A stretch of DNA of 64,000 bases from Somniosus microcephalus (GCA_052327205.1 CM126221.1:54064001-54128000); one strand, 5' to 3'. Positions 39,780-52,850 are shown, counted from the stretch's first letter. Notes: generated by a model not told the origin, from the sequence alone. A program made the numbers and translations.

Positions 39780-40638
39780 CTGTGTTTGTGCCTGCATGCC
39801 CTGCGCAGGTCCCTGCGTCTGTGCCTGCGTGCCGTGCACGGGTTCCTGCGTCTGCCTGCGTGCCGTGCACGGGTTCCTGCGTTTGTATCTGCGTGCTGTG
39901 CACGGGTTCCTGCGTTTGTGCCTGCGTGCCGTGCACGGGTTCCTGCGCCTGCGTGCTGTGCACGGGTTCCTGCGTCTGCCTGCGTGCTGTGCACGGGTTC
40001 CTGCGTTTGTATCTGCGTGCTGTGCACGGGTTCCTGCGTTTGTGCCTGCGTGCCGTGCACGGGTTCCTGCGCCTGCGTGCTGTGCACGGGTTCCTGCGTT
40101 TGTGCCTGCGTGCCGTGCACTGGCTCCTGCGTTTGTGCCTGCGTGCTGTGCAAGGGCTCCTGCGTTTGTGCCTGCGTGCTGTGCACGGGCTCCTGCGTTT
40201 GTGCCTGCGTGCTGTGCACGGGTTCCTGCGTTTGTGCCTGCGTGTCGTGCACGGGCTCCTGCGTTTGTGCCTGAGTGCCGTGCACTGGTTCCTGTGTTTG
40301 TGCCTGCGTGTTGTGCACTGGTTCCTGCGTTTGTGCCTGCGTGTCGTGCACGGGTTCCTGCGTTTGTGCTTGCGTGTCGTGCACGGGTTCCTGCGTTTGT
40401 GCCTGCGTGTCGTGCACGGGTTCCTGCGTTTGTGCTTGCGTGTCGTGCACGGGTTCCTGCGTTTGTGCCTGCGTGTCGTGCACGGGTTCCTGCGTGGGTT
40501 CCTGCGTTTGTGCCTGCGTGTCGTGCACGGGTTCCTGCGTTTGTGCCTGAGTGCCATGCACGGGTTCCTGCGTTTGTGCCTGTGTGCTGTGCACGGGTTC
40601 CTGCGTTTGTGCCTGCGTGCTGTGCACTGGTTCCTGCG
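39780..40638. repeat. CpG-rich minisatellite, ~33 bp unit (27-33 bp variants), ~26 copies
   Basis: tgcgtttgtgcctgcgtgtcgtgcacgggttcc units. Confidence 0.97.
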
Positions 40639-41822
40639 ATTGGGTGAGTCGATGATCTGTCCATGGCTGGCAGAGTCAGTCCTTACATGGGCATTCTGTG
40701 TGAGCACTGCACAGAGGATCGCATGGGGAAAGGAAGGAATTCCAGGAATGTCGGCCCTGCCCATTGGCTCAAATGACATTCCAGCTGACTGCTTTGCATG
40801 TTGCCATCCCAGATTCCCTGGAGATTCCCAGATTCAGGAAGTTGATGAATGGGGAGAGTGTTATTAATGTGAATGAAACTGAGCCCAGTCGCCCGACTGC
40901 AATGTAACCTAATCCCCTTGCTGCAGAGTAAGGGGAGCCCAGCCACATTCTTAAGGCAGTGAGATGTCACTGAGCAGGAGGGGAATCCCCTGACTGAGCA
41001 GGGTGAAAAGGTGAAACAGGGCTGGGTGTAAATAAGGCTGCCCTTCTATTGACCTTCCTTGCTCGCAGTTAATGAATAGCAGCATGAGTCATCAAGACTA
41101 CTGTAGTACCTGAGAGAGCATATAATGATTAACACAGTATTGTACACCAGTAACAAGAGTCACTTGAGTACCTGAACTGCACCATCCATGACATGAGTCG
41201 TTCTAACCCCTTGTGTACAGCAGAACCTGAGACAATGATGATTAACGCGTGTTCTCATTACAGCTTTCAATGGTCAGGCTCAAATGGGTAGGGTCTGACC
41301 ATAATATTTAAATTTAATACCGTGATGCTAGTTTTCAGCAGCAAACTCCTGAAGATAATTATTTTGATGTTGAATTAATTTTGTTGGACTGGATTTATTT
41401 CAAGCCCTGCTGTGGGCTCTCTGATCTGGGCGAAAGGTCAGTCTGAGTTGTACCTCTCCACAAGAAGAGTCCAATCAGATCCTGCTCTTCACTGCCCCTT
41501 GTGCATGTGCTGAGTGTGTGAATGTCTTCAGTGGAGACACCCGTCCCCCCTTCAGCTCATTATGGATTGACAGAGCAGCTGCAGTTATCACTCCTCCCTC
41601 CCAACTGAGGTGGATAATATGCGTTCCTTGCCAGTGCTGCTGGAGATTGAAGGGCTTAAAATTTTGGACCAGCGCTACTAGCGGGCAGGGAGGAGTACAG
41701 TGAGTGAGAGGATGAAACGAGAATGATGCCTGGCTTTGGTTTACAGTTGGATTTGATGAAAATGCAGCGTTCTGTTCCAGCTCAAACCAACTGTATGCAG
41801 TTAACAGCTTTGGAAAGTGACA

Positions 41823-41970
41823 TTTTCTCTTTCCCCCCGCCCCCCCCTCCCTTCTCTTTATCTCCCCCCTCTGTCTTTCCTTCTCTTTTCCCCCCCCCCC
41901 CCCCCCACCCCCTGACTTTCTTTCTCCTCTTCCCCCCCCCCCCCCCCCCCCCGGTCTTTCTCTCCTCTTT
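41823..41970. repeat. Polypyrimidine / poly-C low-complexity tract
   Basis: Several long C runs ~115-260 nt upstream of exon 13. Confidence 0.9.
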
Positions 41971-42083
41971 GATATTTACACCATAAATCAGCACTACACA
42001 CTAGTATTGGCACAAGTTTTCAGGAAATTCAGGGCCATTGTCTCTATTATAATGGTAACATAAGCCATGTCTCTCTCTTGCAG

Positions 42084-42216
42084 CTGGTTCAGGTTCCCTG
42101 CAGGGTCCTCAGACCCCACAGTCCACCAGCAGCTCGATGGCAGAGGGAGGAGATTTAAAGCCACCAACGCCCGCCTCAACGCCCCATAGCCATATGCAGC
42201 CAATGCCAGGTTCCAG
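42084..42216 (+). CDS. ARID1A: ARID1A exon 13 equivalent (133 nt)
   Basis: ttgcag|CT GGT TCA...TCC AG|gtaaac; [43 protein letters not shown]. Confidence 0.95.
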
Positions 42217-42720
42217 GTAAACCCAACTGTCATTTAAAAGGTGCACCAGTTCATGGTGAATAATTGCGGCTAAATTCTCAATGCATCTAACTTCCTGGGA
42301 CTGTGTTGATTGTGGGCTGACTACAGTAATGATGGAGTTGTCTTCACTTCAGTTGTTGCTTCACTCACTGCCTAGGGTTTGTTCCCAAAGAAAGGGATGG
42401 TGGGGGGAGGGGCTGGTATCAGATCGAGCAGGGAACTCTGAGGAAGATATGGGGATGATCGGACCATCAGCAAAGAAGAAAGGTAAAACTGAGCAGACTG
42501 GTTTTATGCTGCACTGGTGCCAGGTGTAATCAGCCGGTTTGAGAGATGGGCAGCCGATGGAATGGAACCTGTGACCATCCAGCTGAGGAGCTGGTTGCTT
42601 TGTGATGCATCCTCCCCCCATTTCTGACTAATGTTATTTAGTTGTGTCAACTGTTGGTAGGAAGGGATTGCCATCTTGCAAATGATTTACACCGGTCTAA
42701 CATGCTGTATTAAAATTCAG

Positions 42721-42893
42721 GAGCAACTCTGTGAGTGTCCAGGATCCGTTTGCAGACAGCAGTGACCCAGCTTTCCAAAAGAGGACCGCTGTGACTCCAA
42801 GCCCTGCGTATCCACCCGGCATGAACACCACAGATTTAATGGCCCGCATGTCATACGAGCCGAACAAGGATCCATTTGGTGGGATGAGGAAAG
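42721..42893 (+). CDS. ARID1A: ARID1A exon 14 equivalent (173 nt)
   Basis: attcag|G AGC AAC...AAA G|gtagaa; [57 protein letters not shown]. Confidence 0.93.
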
Positions 42894-43040
42894 GTAGAAA
42901 TAGTTTTTAAAACGATGTCTTGAAAATGGAAACTTTTTATGACTTGGTCAGTAAATTTGACTTATTGGCCGAAAGCTTTCTTGCCATCATTTTGGGGAGG
43001 TGTTTATATTGTAACGTAGTGAAACGCGTCTCTCTTCCAG

Positions 43041-43176
43041 CAACTCCTGGGACTGACCCTTTCATGTCTCCCGGACCCGCTTCCAATACTGGAATGGGAG
43101 ACCCTTACAGTCGCCCTCCTGCAACAGGTATGGGGCAGCGGCAGCAGTATGCATACGGATCTGGATTTGAGAGGAG
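43041..43176 (+). CDS. ARID1A: ARID1A exon 15 equivalent (136 nt)
   Basis: ttccag|CA ACT CCT...AGG AG|gtaggt; TPGTDPFMSPGPASNTGMGDPYSRPPATGMGQRQQYAYGSGFERR. Confidence 0.92.
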
Positions 43177-43464
43177 GTAGGTCTGAACAGAATTCCAGAA
43201 GTCGGAATGAGCTAAACCTAAAATATTCTACTTGGATCAACATTTCTGTAAACTTAAGGATAATCAGGGTTACACTTGATGCCTTTAATCTATAAAGCTG
43301 GAGTGAATGGTTTGGCCCATTGACCGTTTGTGCTGGGATCAGATCTCTATTTATTCTGAGTCAGTTACAAGTTACCAAAGGTAAATGGATAAACCAAGAT
43401 TTAAATTAGCACAAGGTGTCTCATTTGCTCCTGTTAGATCAGTCAGTTGCTCAATTATTCACTG

Positions 43465-44050
43465 ACAGCTGCGGCCTAACTAGTGGTTTATACAGTTCTA
43501 GCATAGCCCCTCTGCTCTTATTCTATGCCTCGGCTATTAAAGGAAAGTATCCCGTATGCCTTCTTTAACCACCTTATCTACTTGTCCTGCTACCTTCAGG
43601 GATCTGTGTATATGCACTCTGTTCCTCTACATTTCTCAGTATCCTACCATTTATTGTGCATTCCCTTGCCTTGTTAGCCCTTCCCAAAAGCATTACCTTA
43701 CATTTCTCTGGATTGAATTCCATTTGCCACTGTTCTGCCCACCTGACCAGTCCATTGGTATCTTCCTGCAGTCTACAACTATCTTCCTCACTATCAATTA
43801 CACGGCCAATTTTTGTATCATCTGCAAACTCAAATCAAGTTAGTCAGACATGACCTTCCCTTAACAAATCCATGCTGACTGTCCTTGATTAATCCATGAC
43901 TTTCTAAATTATTTTATACTGTCCCTCAGAATTTTTTCCAATAATTTTCCCATCACTGAGGTTAGGCCGACTTGCCTGTAATTACTCGGTCTATCCCCTT
44001 CTCCCTTTTTTTAAAACAATGGCACAACGTTAGCAGTCCTCCAGTCTTTT
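43465..44050 (-). mobile_element. CR1 fragment with internal deletion
   Basis: RT motifs on the minus strand (ggattgaattccatttgccactg; catgaccttcccttaacaaatccatgctg). Confidence 0.8.
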
Positions 44051-44254
44051 GCAAGCAGCAAGAAAACAATTGGTTACTGGTGTTGTGGCTGGAGTGTAGG
44101 GACCATTTTAGTTGGCTAGTTCAGCTCTACTTTGTTGGCTGCGCAGAGCTGCTGGGTCAAGACTTGTTCAGCGTGGATGAGGGGTGAAAGGTAAAACATT
44201 CAGCATGCTGTTTAGAGGGGACCCAGACGAAGGGCTTTCAATGGAACATGTATG

Positions 44255-47056
44255 ATTTGAGTACAGGAGTAAAGAAGTCTTACTCCAATTATATAGGGCC
44301 TTCGTGCGACCACACCTGGAGTACTGTGTACAATTTTGGTCTCCTTACCTAAGGAAGGATATACTTGCCATAGAGGGTGTGCAACGAAGGTTCACAAGAT
44401 TGAATCCTGGGATGGTGGGATTGTCGTATGAGAAGAGATTGAGTAAACTAGGCCTGAATTCTCTTGAATTCAGAAGAATGAGAGGGGATCTCATTGAAGC
44501 ATACAAAATTATTTCATGGCTTGATGGGGTGGATGCTGGGAGAATGTTTCCCTTGGCTGGGGAGTCGAGAACCAGGGGCCACAGCCTCAGGATAAAGGGT
44601 AGGCTGTTCAGGACATAAGAAGTAGGAGCAGGAGTAGGCCATACGGCCCCTCGGGCCTGCTCCGCCATTCAATAGGATCATGGCTGATCCGAATCTAGAC
44701 TCACGTCCACTTCCCTGCCCTCTCCCTGTAACCCCCAATTCCCTTATCTGCTAGGAAACTGTCTATCTCCGTTTTTAATTTATTTAATGTTGCAGCTTCC
44801 ACAGCTCTCTGGGGTAGCAAATTCCATAGATTTACTACCCTCTGAGTGAAGAAGTTTCTCCTCATCTCAGTTTTGAAAGGGCAGCCCCTTATTCTAAGAT
44901 TATGCCCCCTAGTTCTAGTCTTACCCATCAGTGGAAACATCCTCACCGCATCCACCCGATCAATCCCCCTCACAATCTTATATGTTTCGATAAGATCGCC
45001 TCTCATTCTTCTGAACTCCAATGAGTAGAGGCCCAACCTACTCAACCTTTCCTCATATGTCAACCCCCTCATCTCCGGAATCAACCGAGTGAACCTTCTC
45101 TGAACCGCCTCGAGAGCAAGTATATCTTTTCTTAAATATGGAAACCAAAACTTCACGCAGTATTCCAGGTGTGGCCTCACCAATACCCTGTATAACTGCA
45201 ACAAGACTTCCCTGTTTTTATACTCCATTGCAATAAAAGCCAAGATTCCATTGGCCTTCCTGATCACCTGCTGCACCTGCATACTAACTGTGTTTCATGC
45301 ACCAGGACCCCCAGATCCCTTTGTACTGTAGCACTTTGCAGTTTCTCTCCATTTAGATAATAACTTGCTCTTTGATTTTTCGTGCCAAAGTGCATAACCT
45401 CACACTTTCCAATATTATATTCCATCTGCCAAATCTCTGCCCACTCACTTAGCCTGTCTATGTCCTTTTGCAGGTTTTTTATGTCCTCCTCACTCACTGC
45501 TTTCCCTCCCATCTTTGTATCGTCGGCAAACTTGGATATGTTGTACTCGGTCCCTTCCTCCAAATCGTTAATATAGATTGTAAAGAGTTGGGGTCCCAGC
45601 ACTGACCCCTGCGGAACACCACTAGTTACTGATTGCCAACCCGAGAACGAACCATTTATCCCAACCCTTTTGTTTTCTGTTAGATAGCCAATCCTCCACC
45701 CATGCCAGTATATTACCCCCAATCCTGTGATTTTTTATCTTGATCAGTAATCTTTTGTGTTCAAATGCCTTTTGGAAGTCCAAATACACTACATCCACTG
45801 GTTCCCCTTTATCCACCCTCTACGTTATGTCCTCAAAGAATTCGAGCAAATTTGTCAAACATGACTTCCCCTTCATAAAACCATGCTGACTCTGTCCTAT
45901 TAAATTATGTTTATCCAAATGCTCTGTTACTGTTTCCTTAATAATGGACTCCAACATTTTGCCAACCACAGATGTTAGGCTAACTGGCCTATAGTTTCCA
46001 GCTTTTTGTCTACTTCCCTTCTTTCCAATCTGCCGTGACCTTTCCTGAGTCCAGGGAGTTTTGGAAAATAATCACCAATGCATCCACAATCCCTACTGCC
46101 ACTTCTCTCGAGACCCTAGGATGTAGACCATCAGGTCCGGGGGATTTATCCGCCTTAAGTCCCATTATTTTACCGAGTACCATCTCCTTAGTGATTTTAA
46201 TCGTGTTTAGCTCCTTTTCCCCCCCCATTGCCCCCTGCTTGTCCAGTGTTGGGATATTTTTAGTGTCCTCTACTGTAAAGACTGATACAAAATATTTGTT
46301 CAGCGTCTTTGCCATCTCCATGTTCCCCACCACTAGTTTCCCGGTCTCATCCTCTAAGGGTCCAACGTTCACTTTAGCCACCCTTTTTCTTTTTATACAG
46401 CTGTAGAAAATTCTTGCTATCTGTTTTTATATTTTTTGCTAGTTTACTTTCATAATCTATCTTCCCTTTCTTAATTAATCTTTTAGTTATTGTTTGCTGG
46501 CTTTTAAATGCTTCCCAATCTTCTATCCTCCTACTAGATTTGGCTACTTTATATGCCCTTGTTTTCAGTCGGATACTATCCTTTATTACTTTACTAAGCC
46601 ACGGATGGCTGTCTTTTCTTTTACTCCCCTTTTTCCTCAGTGGAATATATTTATCTTGAAAGATGTGAAATATCTCCTTGAATGTAGACCACTGCTCTTG
46701 TACTGTCTTACACTTCAATCTGTTTTCCCAGTCCACTTTAGTCAATTCTACTCTCATACCTTCATAGTCTCCTTTATTTAAGCTCAGTACGCTGGTTTGA
46801 GGACTGAAATGAGAAGAAATTTCTTCACACACAGGGTGGTGAATCTTTGGAATTCTCTACCCCAGAGGGTGGTGGAGGCTCAGTCATTGGGTATATTCAA
46901 AACAGAAGTCGATAGATTTCTGACTAGTAAGGGCATCAAGGGATATGGCGATAGGGCCGGTGAATGGAATTGAGGCAGACGATCATGATCTCATTGAATG
47001 GCAGAGCAGGCTCGAAGGGCTGAATGGCCTACTCCTCCTATTTCTTATGTTCTTAG
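44255..47056 (+). mobile_element. CR1 3' end split into 44255-44614 and 46800-47056 by a nested antisense CR1
   Basis: ..HSLRIKGRLFRT| resumes as |RTEMRRNFFTHRVV; AGGAC present at both junctions. Confidence 0.85.
44615..46799 (-). mobile_element. CR1 LINE, 5'-truncated ~2.2 kb, frameshifted ORF2
   Basis: ORFs 46374-46832, 46010-46381, 45622-45816, 45264-45722, 44701-45282 (KSPGPDG, YLDFQKAF, FADDTK). Confidence 0.92.
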
Positions 47057-47204
47057 GTAGCCTTCACATCCACAGTAAACCTGTTGTCTGGTTCCCCTCT
47101 AAATCAGTTCAATTGTAGGTTTTACCCAGTTCATTTGACAGGATGGCACTGAAAGCAGTCAAAGATTTGCGAAAAAATGTTGTAAGGAATAAAATTGATC
47201 TTTT

Positions 47205-50200
47205 CATAGAATCATAGAAAGTTACAGCACGGAAGGAGGCCATTTCGGCCCATCGTGTCCGCGTCGGCCAACAAAGAGCTATCCAGCCTAATCCCACTTC
47301 CCAGCTCTTGGTCCGTAGCCCTGCAGGTTAGAGCATCCCAAGTGCACATCCAAGTACTTTTTAAATGTGGTTAGGGTTCCTGCCTCTACCACCCTTTCAG
47401 GCAGTGAGTTCCAGACCCCCACAACCCTCTGGGTGAAGAAATTTCCCCTCAAATCCCCGCTAAACCTTCCACCAATTACTTGAAATCTGTGCCCCCTGGT
47501 TTTTGACCCCTCTGCTAAGGGAAATAGGTCCTTTCTAGCCACTTTGTCTATGCCCCTCATAATTTTATACACCTCAATAAGGTCTTCCCTCAGCCTCCTC
47601 TGTTCCAAGGAAAACAGACTCAGCCTATCCAGTCTTTCCTCATAGCTAAGATTCTCTACTCCCGGCAACATCCTTATAAATCTCCTCTGTACCCTCTAGT
47701 GCAATCACATCTTTCCTGTAATGTGGTGACCAGAACTGCACACAGTACTCTATCTGAGGCCTAACTAGTGTTTTATACAGTTGAAGCATAACCCCCCTGC
47801 TCTTGTATTCTGTGCCACGGCTAATAAAGGCAAGCATTCCGTATGCCTTCTTAACCACCTTATCTACCTGGCCTGCTACCTTCAGGGATCTGTGGACATG
47901 CACTCCAAGGTCCCTTTGTTCCATAATATGATAGAATTCTTCATTAAGATGGAGAGTGAACTAGTTGACTCAGAGACTAGGGTTCTGAATTTAAATAAAG
48001 GAGACTACGATGGTATGAGGTGCGAGTTGGGTAGGATTGATTGGGGAATATCACTCAAAGGGTTGACGGTGGATGGGCAATGACAAACATTCAAAGATCG
48101 CATAGATGATCTACAGAATTTGTTCATCCCAAAAAAGGTGACTCAACCGTGGCTAACAAGGGAAATTAGGGATAGCATAAGATCCATGGAGAGGACATAT
48201 AAATTGGCCAGAAAAAGCAGTAAACCTGAGGATTGGGAGCAGTTTAGGATCCAACAAAGGAGGACAAAGGGATTAATTAAGAGGGGGGGAAATAGAGTAT
48301 GAGAGTAAGCTTTCAGGGAACATAAAAACTGACTGTAAAAGCTTTTATAGATATGTGAAGAGAAAAAGATTGGTGAAGTCAAGCGTAGGTCCCTTGCAGT
48401 CAGAATCAGGGGAATTTATAATGGGGAACAAAGAAATGGCAGACCAATTAAATACATACTTTGGTTCTGTCTTCACAAAGGAGGACACAAATAACCTCCC
48501 AGAGATGTCTGGGAACATAGGGTCTAATGAAAGGGAGCAACTGATAGAAATCAGTATTTGTAGGGAAATGGTGTTGGGGAAATTGATGGGATTAAGGGCC
48601 GATAAATCCCCAGGGCCTGATAATCTACATCCTAGGGTACTTAAGGAAGTGGCCCTAGAAATAGTAGATGCATTGCTGGTCATCTTCCAACATTCGATAG
48701 ACTCTGGAACAGTACCCATGGATTGGCGGGTAGCTAATGTTACACCACTGTTCAAAATGGGTGGTAGAGAGAAAACGGGGAATTACAGACCGGTAAGCCT
48801 GACATCGGTAGTGGGGAAAATTATAAAGGATGTAATAGCAGAGCACTTGGAAAAAAGTGACCGGATCGGACAAAGTCAACATGGCTTTACAAAAGGTAAA
48901 TCGTGCTTGACTAATCTACTGGAATTTTTTGAGGATGTAACTGGTATAAAATAGATAAGGGAGAACCAGTGGATGTGGTGTATTTGGATTTTCAAAAGGC
49001 TTTCAATAAGGTCCCGCATAAGACATTAGCGTGTAAAATTAAGGCACATGGGATTGGGGGCAAGGTATTGACTTGGATAGAGAACTGGTTGGTAGACAGA
49101 AAGCAAAGAGTTGGAATAAACGGGTCATTTTCCGAGTGGCAGGCAGTGACTAGTGGGGTACCGCAGGGATCGGTCCTTGGACCCCAGCTATTCACAATAT
49201 ATATTAATGATCTGGACGAGGGAACTAGATGTAATATCTCCAAGTTTGCAGACGACACAAAGCTGGGTGGGTGTGTGTGCTGTGAGGAGGATGCAGAGAA
49301 ACTCCAGTATGATTTGGACAGGTTGGGTGATTGGGCAAAAGCATGGCAGATGCAATATAACGTGGATAAATGCGAGGTTATCCACTTTGGTGTCAAAAAC
49401 AGGAAGGCAGATTATTATCTAAATGGCAATAGATTGGGAGAAGGGGAAGTGCAACGAGACCTGGGCATCCTTGTGCACCAGTCGCTGAAAGTAAGCATGC
49501 AGGTGCAGCAGGCGGTTAAGAAGGCAAATGGTATGTTGGCCTTTGTAGCGAGAGGGTTTGAGTACAGGAACAAGGATGTCTTGCTGCAGTTGTACAGGGC
49601 CTTGGTGAGACCACATCTTGAGTATTGTGTGCAGTTTTGGTCGCCTGATCTGAGGAAGGATGTTCTTGCCATGGAAGGAGTGCAGCGAAGATTCACCAGG
49701 CTGATACCTGGGATGGCAGGAATGACGTATGAGGAGAGATTGGGTCGATTGGGCTTGTACTTGCTGGAGTTTAAAAGAATGAGAGGGGATCTCATCGAAA
49801 CTTATAAAATTCTAACAGGACTAGACAGACTAGATGCTGGAAGGATGTTCCCGATGGTCGGGGTGTCCGGAACCAGGGGTCACAGTCTAAGGATAAGGGG
49901 TAAGCCATTTAGGACAGAGATGAGGAGGAATTTCTTCACCCAGAGAGTGGTGAACCTGTGGAATTCTCTGCCAAAGAAGGCAGTAGAGGCCAATTCATTA
50001 AATATATTCAAGAAGGAGTTGGATATATTTCTTAAGGCTAAAGCGATATGGGGAGAAGGCAGAAACAGGGTACTGAATTTGGATGATCAGCCATGATCTC
50101 ATTGAATGGCGAAGCAGGCTCGAGGGGCCGAATGGCCTACTCCTGTTCCTAGTTTCTGTTTCCTCTACATTACTCAGTGTCCTACCATTTAATGTGTATT

Positions 50201-50985
50201 CCCTTTCCTTGTTAGCCCTCCCTAAATGCATTACCTCACACTTCTCCGGATTGAATTCCATTTGCCACTGTTCTGCCTACCTGACCAATTTATTGATATC
50301 TTCCTGCAGTCTACAGCTTCCTTCTTCAGTATCAACCACACAGCCGATTTTAGTATCATCTGCAAACTTCTTAATCATACCCCCTATATTCAAGTCAAGA
50401 CCGTTGATATATACCTCAAAAAGCAAGGGACCGAGTATTGAACCCTGCGGAACCCCACTGGAAACAGCCTTCCAGTCACAAAAACACCCATCAACCATTA
50501 TCCCTCTGCTTCCTGTCTCCGAGCCAGTTTTGATTCCAACTTTACACTTTGTCCTGGACCCGATGGGCTTTTAACTTAGTCACCAGTCTGCCATGCCTTA
50601 TCAAAAGCCTTGCTAAAGTCCATATAACCTACATCAAACGTACTACCCTCATCTACCTTCCTTGTTACCTCCTCAAAAAATTCAATCAAGTTTGTCAGAC
50701 ACGACCTTCCCTTAACAAATCCGTGCTGACTAGCCTTGATTAATTTCTAAATGAAGATTTATCCTGTCCTTCGGAATTCTTTCCAATAATTTTCCCACCA
50801 CCGAAGTTAGGCTGACTGGCCTGTAATTACTCGGTCTATCCTTTTCTCCCTTTTTAAACAAAGACACCACATTAGCAGTCCTCCGGTCCTCTGGCACCAC
50901 ACCTGAAGCCAGAGAGGATTGAAAAATGGCCAGGGCCTCTGCTATTTCCTCTTTTGCTTCGCTTAACAGCCTGGGATACATCAAT
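47205..50985 (-). mobile_element. CR1 LINE split into 47205-47922 and ~50161-50985 by a nested antisense CR1
   Basis: ORF 49998-50261 ..GRTLSNVEE| continues as |EQRDLGVHVHRSLK in ORF 47646-47924. Confidence 0.88.
47923..50160 (+). mobile_element. Young CR1 LINE, 5'-truncated ~2.2 kb, RT nearly intact
   Basis: ORFs 48355-48954 (199 aa) and 48969-50096 (375 aa) joined by one frameshift at ~48945; KFADDTK; no endonuclease or ORF1. Confidence 0.95.
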
Positions 50986-51074
50986 AAATCTCCCAAATGC
51001 AGGTCTAACAACCCGCTAGAGCTTTCATTCACTTTACAACATGTATATTGTATTGCTTTGTGCGTATATTAATT

Positions 51075-51405
51075 GGGATTATATTGTAAAGGCTGCATGT
51101 GTATCACCGTGATTATAAAAGGTATTATGTATAACACGGGGATAGTAAGGACTGTACCACATGGGGTTATATTGTAAGGGGCATGTGTCACATGGGGTTA
51201 TATTGTAAGGGGCGTGTGTCACATGGGGTTATATTGTAAAGGCTGCATGTGTATCACCGTGATTATGAAAGGTATTATGTATAACACGGGGATAGTAAGA
51301 ACTGTACCACATGGGGCTATATTGTACGGGGTGTGTATCACATGGGGCTATATTGTAAGGGGGCATGTATTACACGGGATTAGATTATAAAAGGGGGTGT
51401 ATTAT
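51075..51405. repeat. Degenerate ~30 bp tandem repeat with a 150-bp higher-order duplication
   Basis: catggggttatattgtaagggg units; 51080-51166 nearly identical to 51230-51316. Confidence 0.85.
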
Positions 51406-52154
51406 ACTGAGAAATTATTGCTTTGGTGTGTTGTGGCATGGCAGTTGCACAATTACGGAGGTGAGCTGAACAGTTTTCAGACAGTTGTGTGGTGTAGGAA
51501 ATGGTTGAGTCCCGCGACCTGACTTCAAATCGCCGTACACATGGAGGTCTCCAACTGTCTGCGCAGCACCCACCTGAGCTGGAAGGAAAATATCATCCCT
51601 TACTCTTTAACAACAAAATTGAGCTGAAGAACCCAGCTGTGTGCTTGTTCACCCTTTGATACCAGAGCAATGCCTCAGTTTGTAGATCTGAAAGATGCGG
51701 CAGTGGCCAGGTTGATGTGATGGGAGTACAGGATCCTGGAAGTTGACCACACAATGTACCTGAGCTCACAAGTTGCACAGCCTAACGTCACTGGTTTTAT
51801 TCTGTAGCCCACTGCTGCTCATACATGAGGCCAATGTCAAACAAACAAAAGGGAACAGGGTGGACATTTCACCACCATACAGGGTGGTGGGAGAGTGGCC
51901 TGGAGACACCACCTACAGGTGCCTCTTTTCCTGTACTTATTGCACTGTGCCTCCTGTTGCTATTGGGGTTCAGTAAGGTGAAGCTCGGCTTTGTGTTGCC
52001 TCCAATAGCAGCTGTTAGGACTGCTGGGTATTCTGCCAGAGGTGTGGGCTTCAACTCCTTTTGATGTGGCCAGGTGGCGGTGGAGGTTCACAGCACTCTG
52101 TTTTCCGTGTTTCATTCATCTCTCTCTTTTCCTTCCCCACCTCCATTTCTTCAG

Positions 52155-52274
52155 GTCTGAACATGGGATGGGCCCAGAGGGGACTTTGGGACCGGCGACA
52201 GCACAGCCTAGCGTGGTGCCAGTGAATGCAGATTCCGGGATGTACTCTCCAAACCGCTATCCGGGACAGCAGCG
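52155..52274 (+). CDS. ARID1A: ARID1A exon 16 equivalent (120 nt)
   Basis: cttcag|G TCT GAA...CAG CG|gtaagt; SEHGMGPEGTLGPATAQPSVVPVNADSGMYSPNRYPGQQR. Confidence 0.93.
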
Positions 52275-52710
52275 GTAAGTGTGGATCAGAACGCTTCACT
52301 TCACCCATCTCGGAAAGCTGGAAGTTTTGTGTCTAACTTCAGAATGTTTTTTTTTACAATAAATCTCTGTAGAAAGTATTCCAGTTTGTAGATAATTTGT
52401 GTAACTCGAGGGAGAGCCAGTAATTGGAGCAGAGCTGATGTGTTGCTGCATCTTTAGTTCTACGTTTGATTATTTAACAGCCTCAGTTGGTATTTTTGCC
52501 AAACAAATGTGAACCATTGGTATTGGGGACTGATTCAGATCTCAGTGTCAAACTGGCACATGTTTATATGGCGGGGGCTCAACCCAAACACAGACTTGTG
52601 TATCAGCCTAGATATTTCAGCTTGGGGTTAAAGGTTCGGAAACTGTGTTGATTGGAGATCTTTTCCTTCCTCGCGGTTCCTTCCCAGCAGAGCCATTACT
52701 CTAAAGGTCA

Positions 52711-52850
52711 GGCCACCGCGCTCCCGCCAGCGGCTCCGGGCCACCGCGCTCCCGCCAGCGGCTCCGGGCCACCGCGCTCCCGCCAGCGGCTCCGGGCCAC
52801 CGCGGCTCCGCGCCCCCGCCAGCGGCTCCGGGCCACCGCGCTCCCGCCAG
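52711..52850. repeat. GC-rich minisatellite, 28 bp x ~5
   Basis: ggccaccgcgctcccgccagcggctccg. Confidence 0.95.

Noticed and set aside
39650-40867. Long overlapping ORFs of 280-376 aa on both strands
   Set aside because: Artefact of a stop-poor 33-bp tandem repeat; no splice or homology support
48355-50096. Reverse transcriptase ORFs as an active or domesticated RT (retron/DGR-like)
   Set aside because: Standard CR1 ORF2 fragment: 5'-truncated, frameshifted, no endonuclease or ORF1, CR1 tail present
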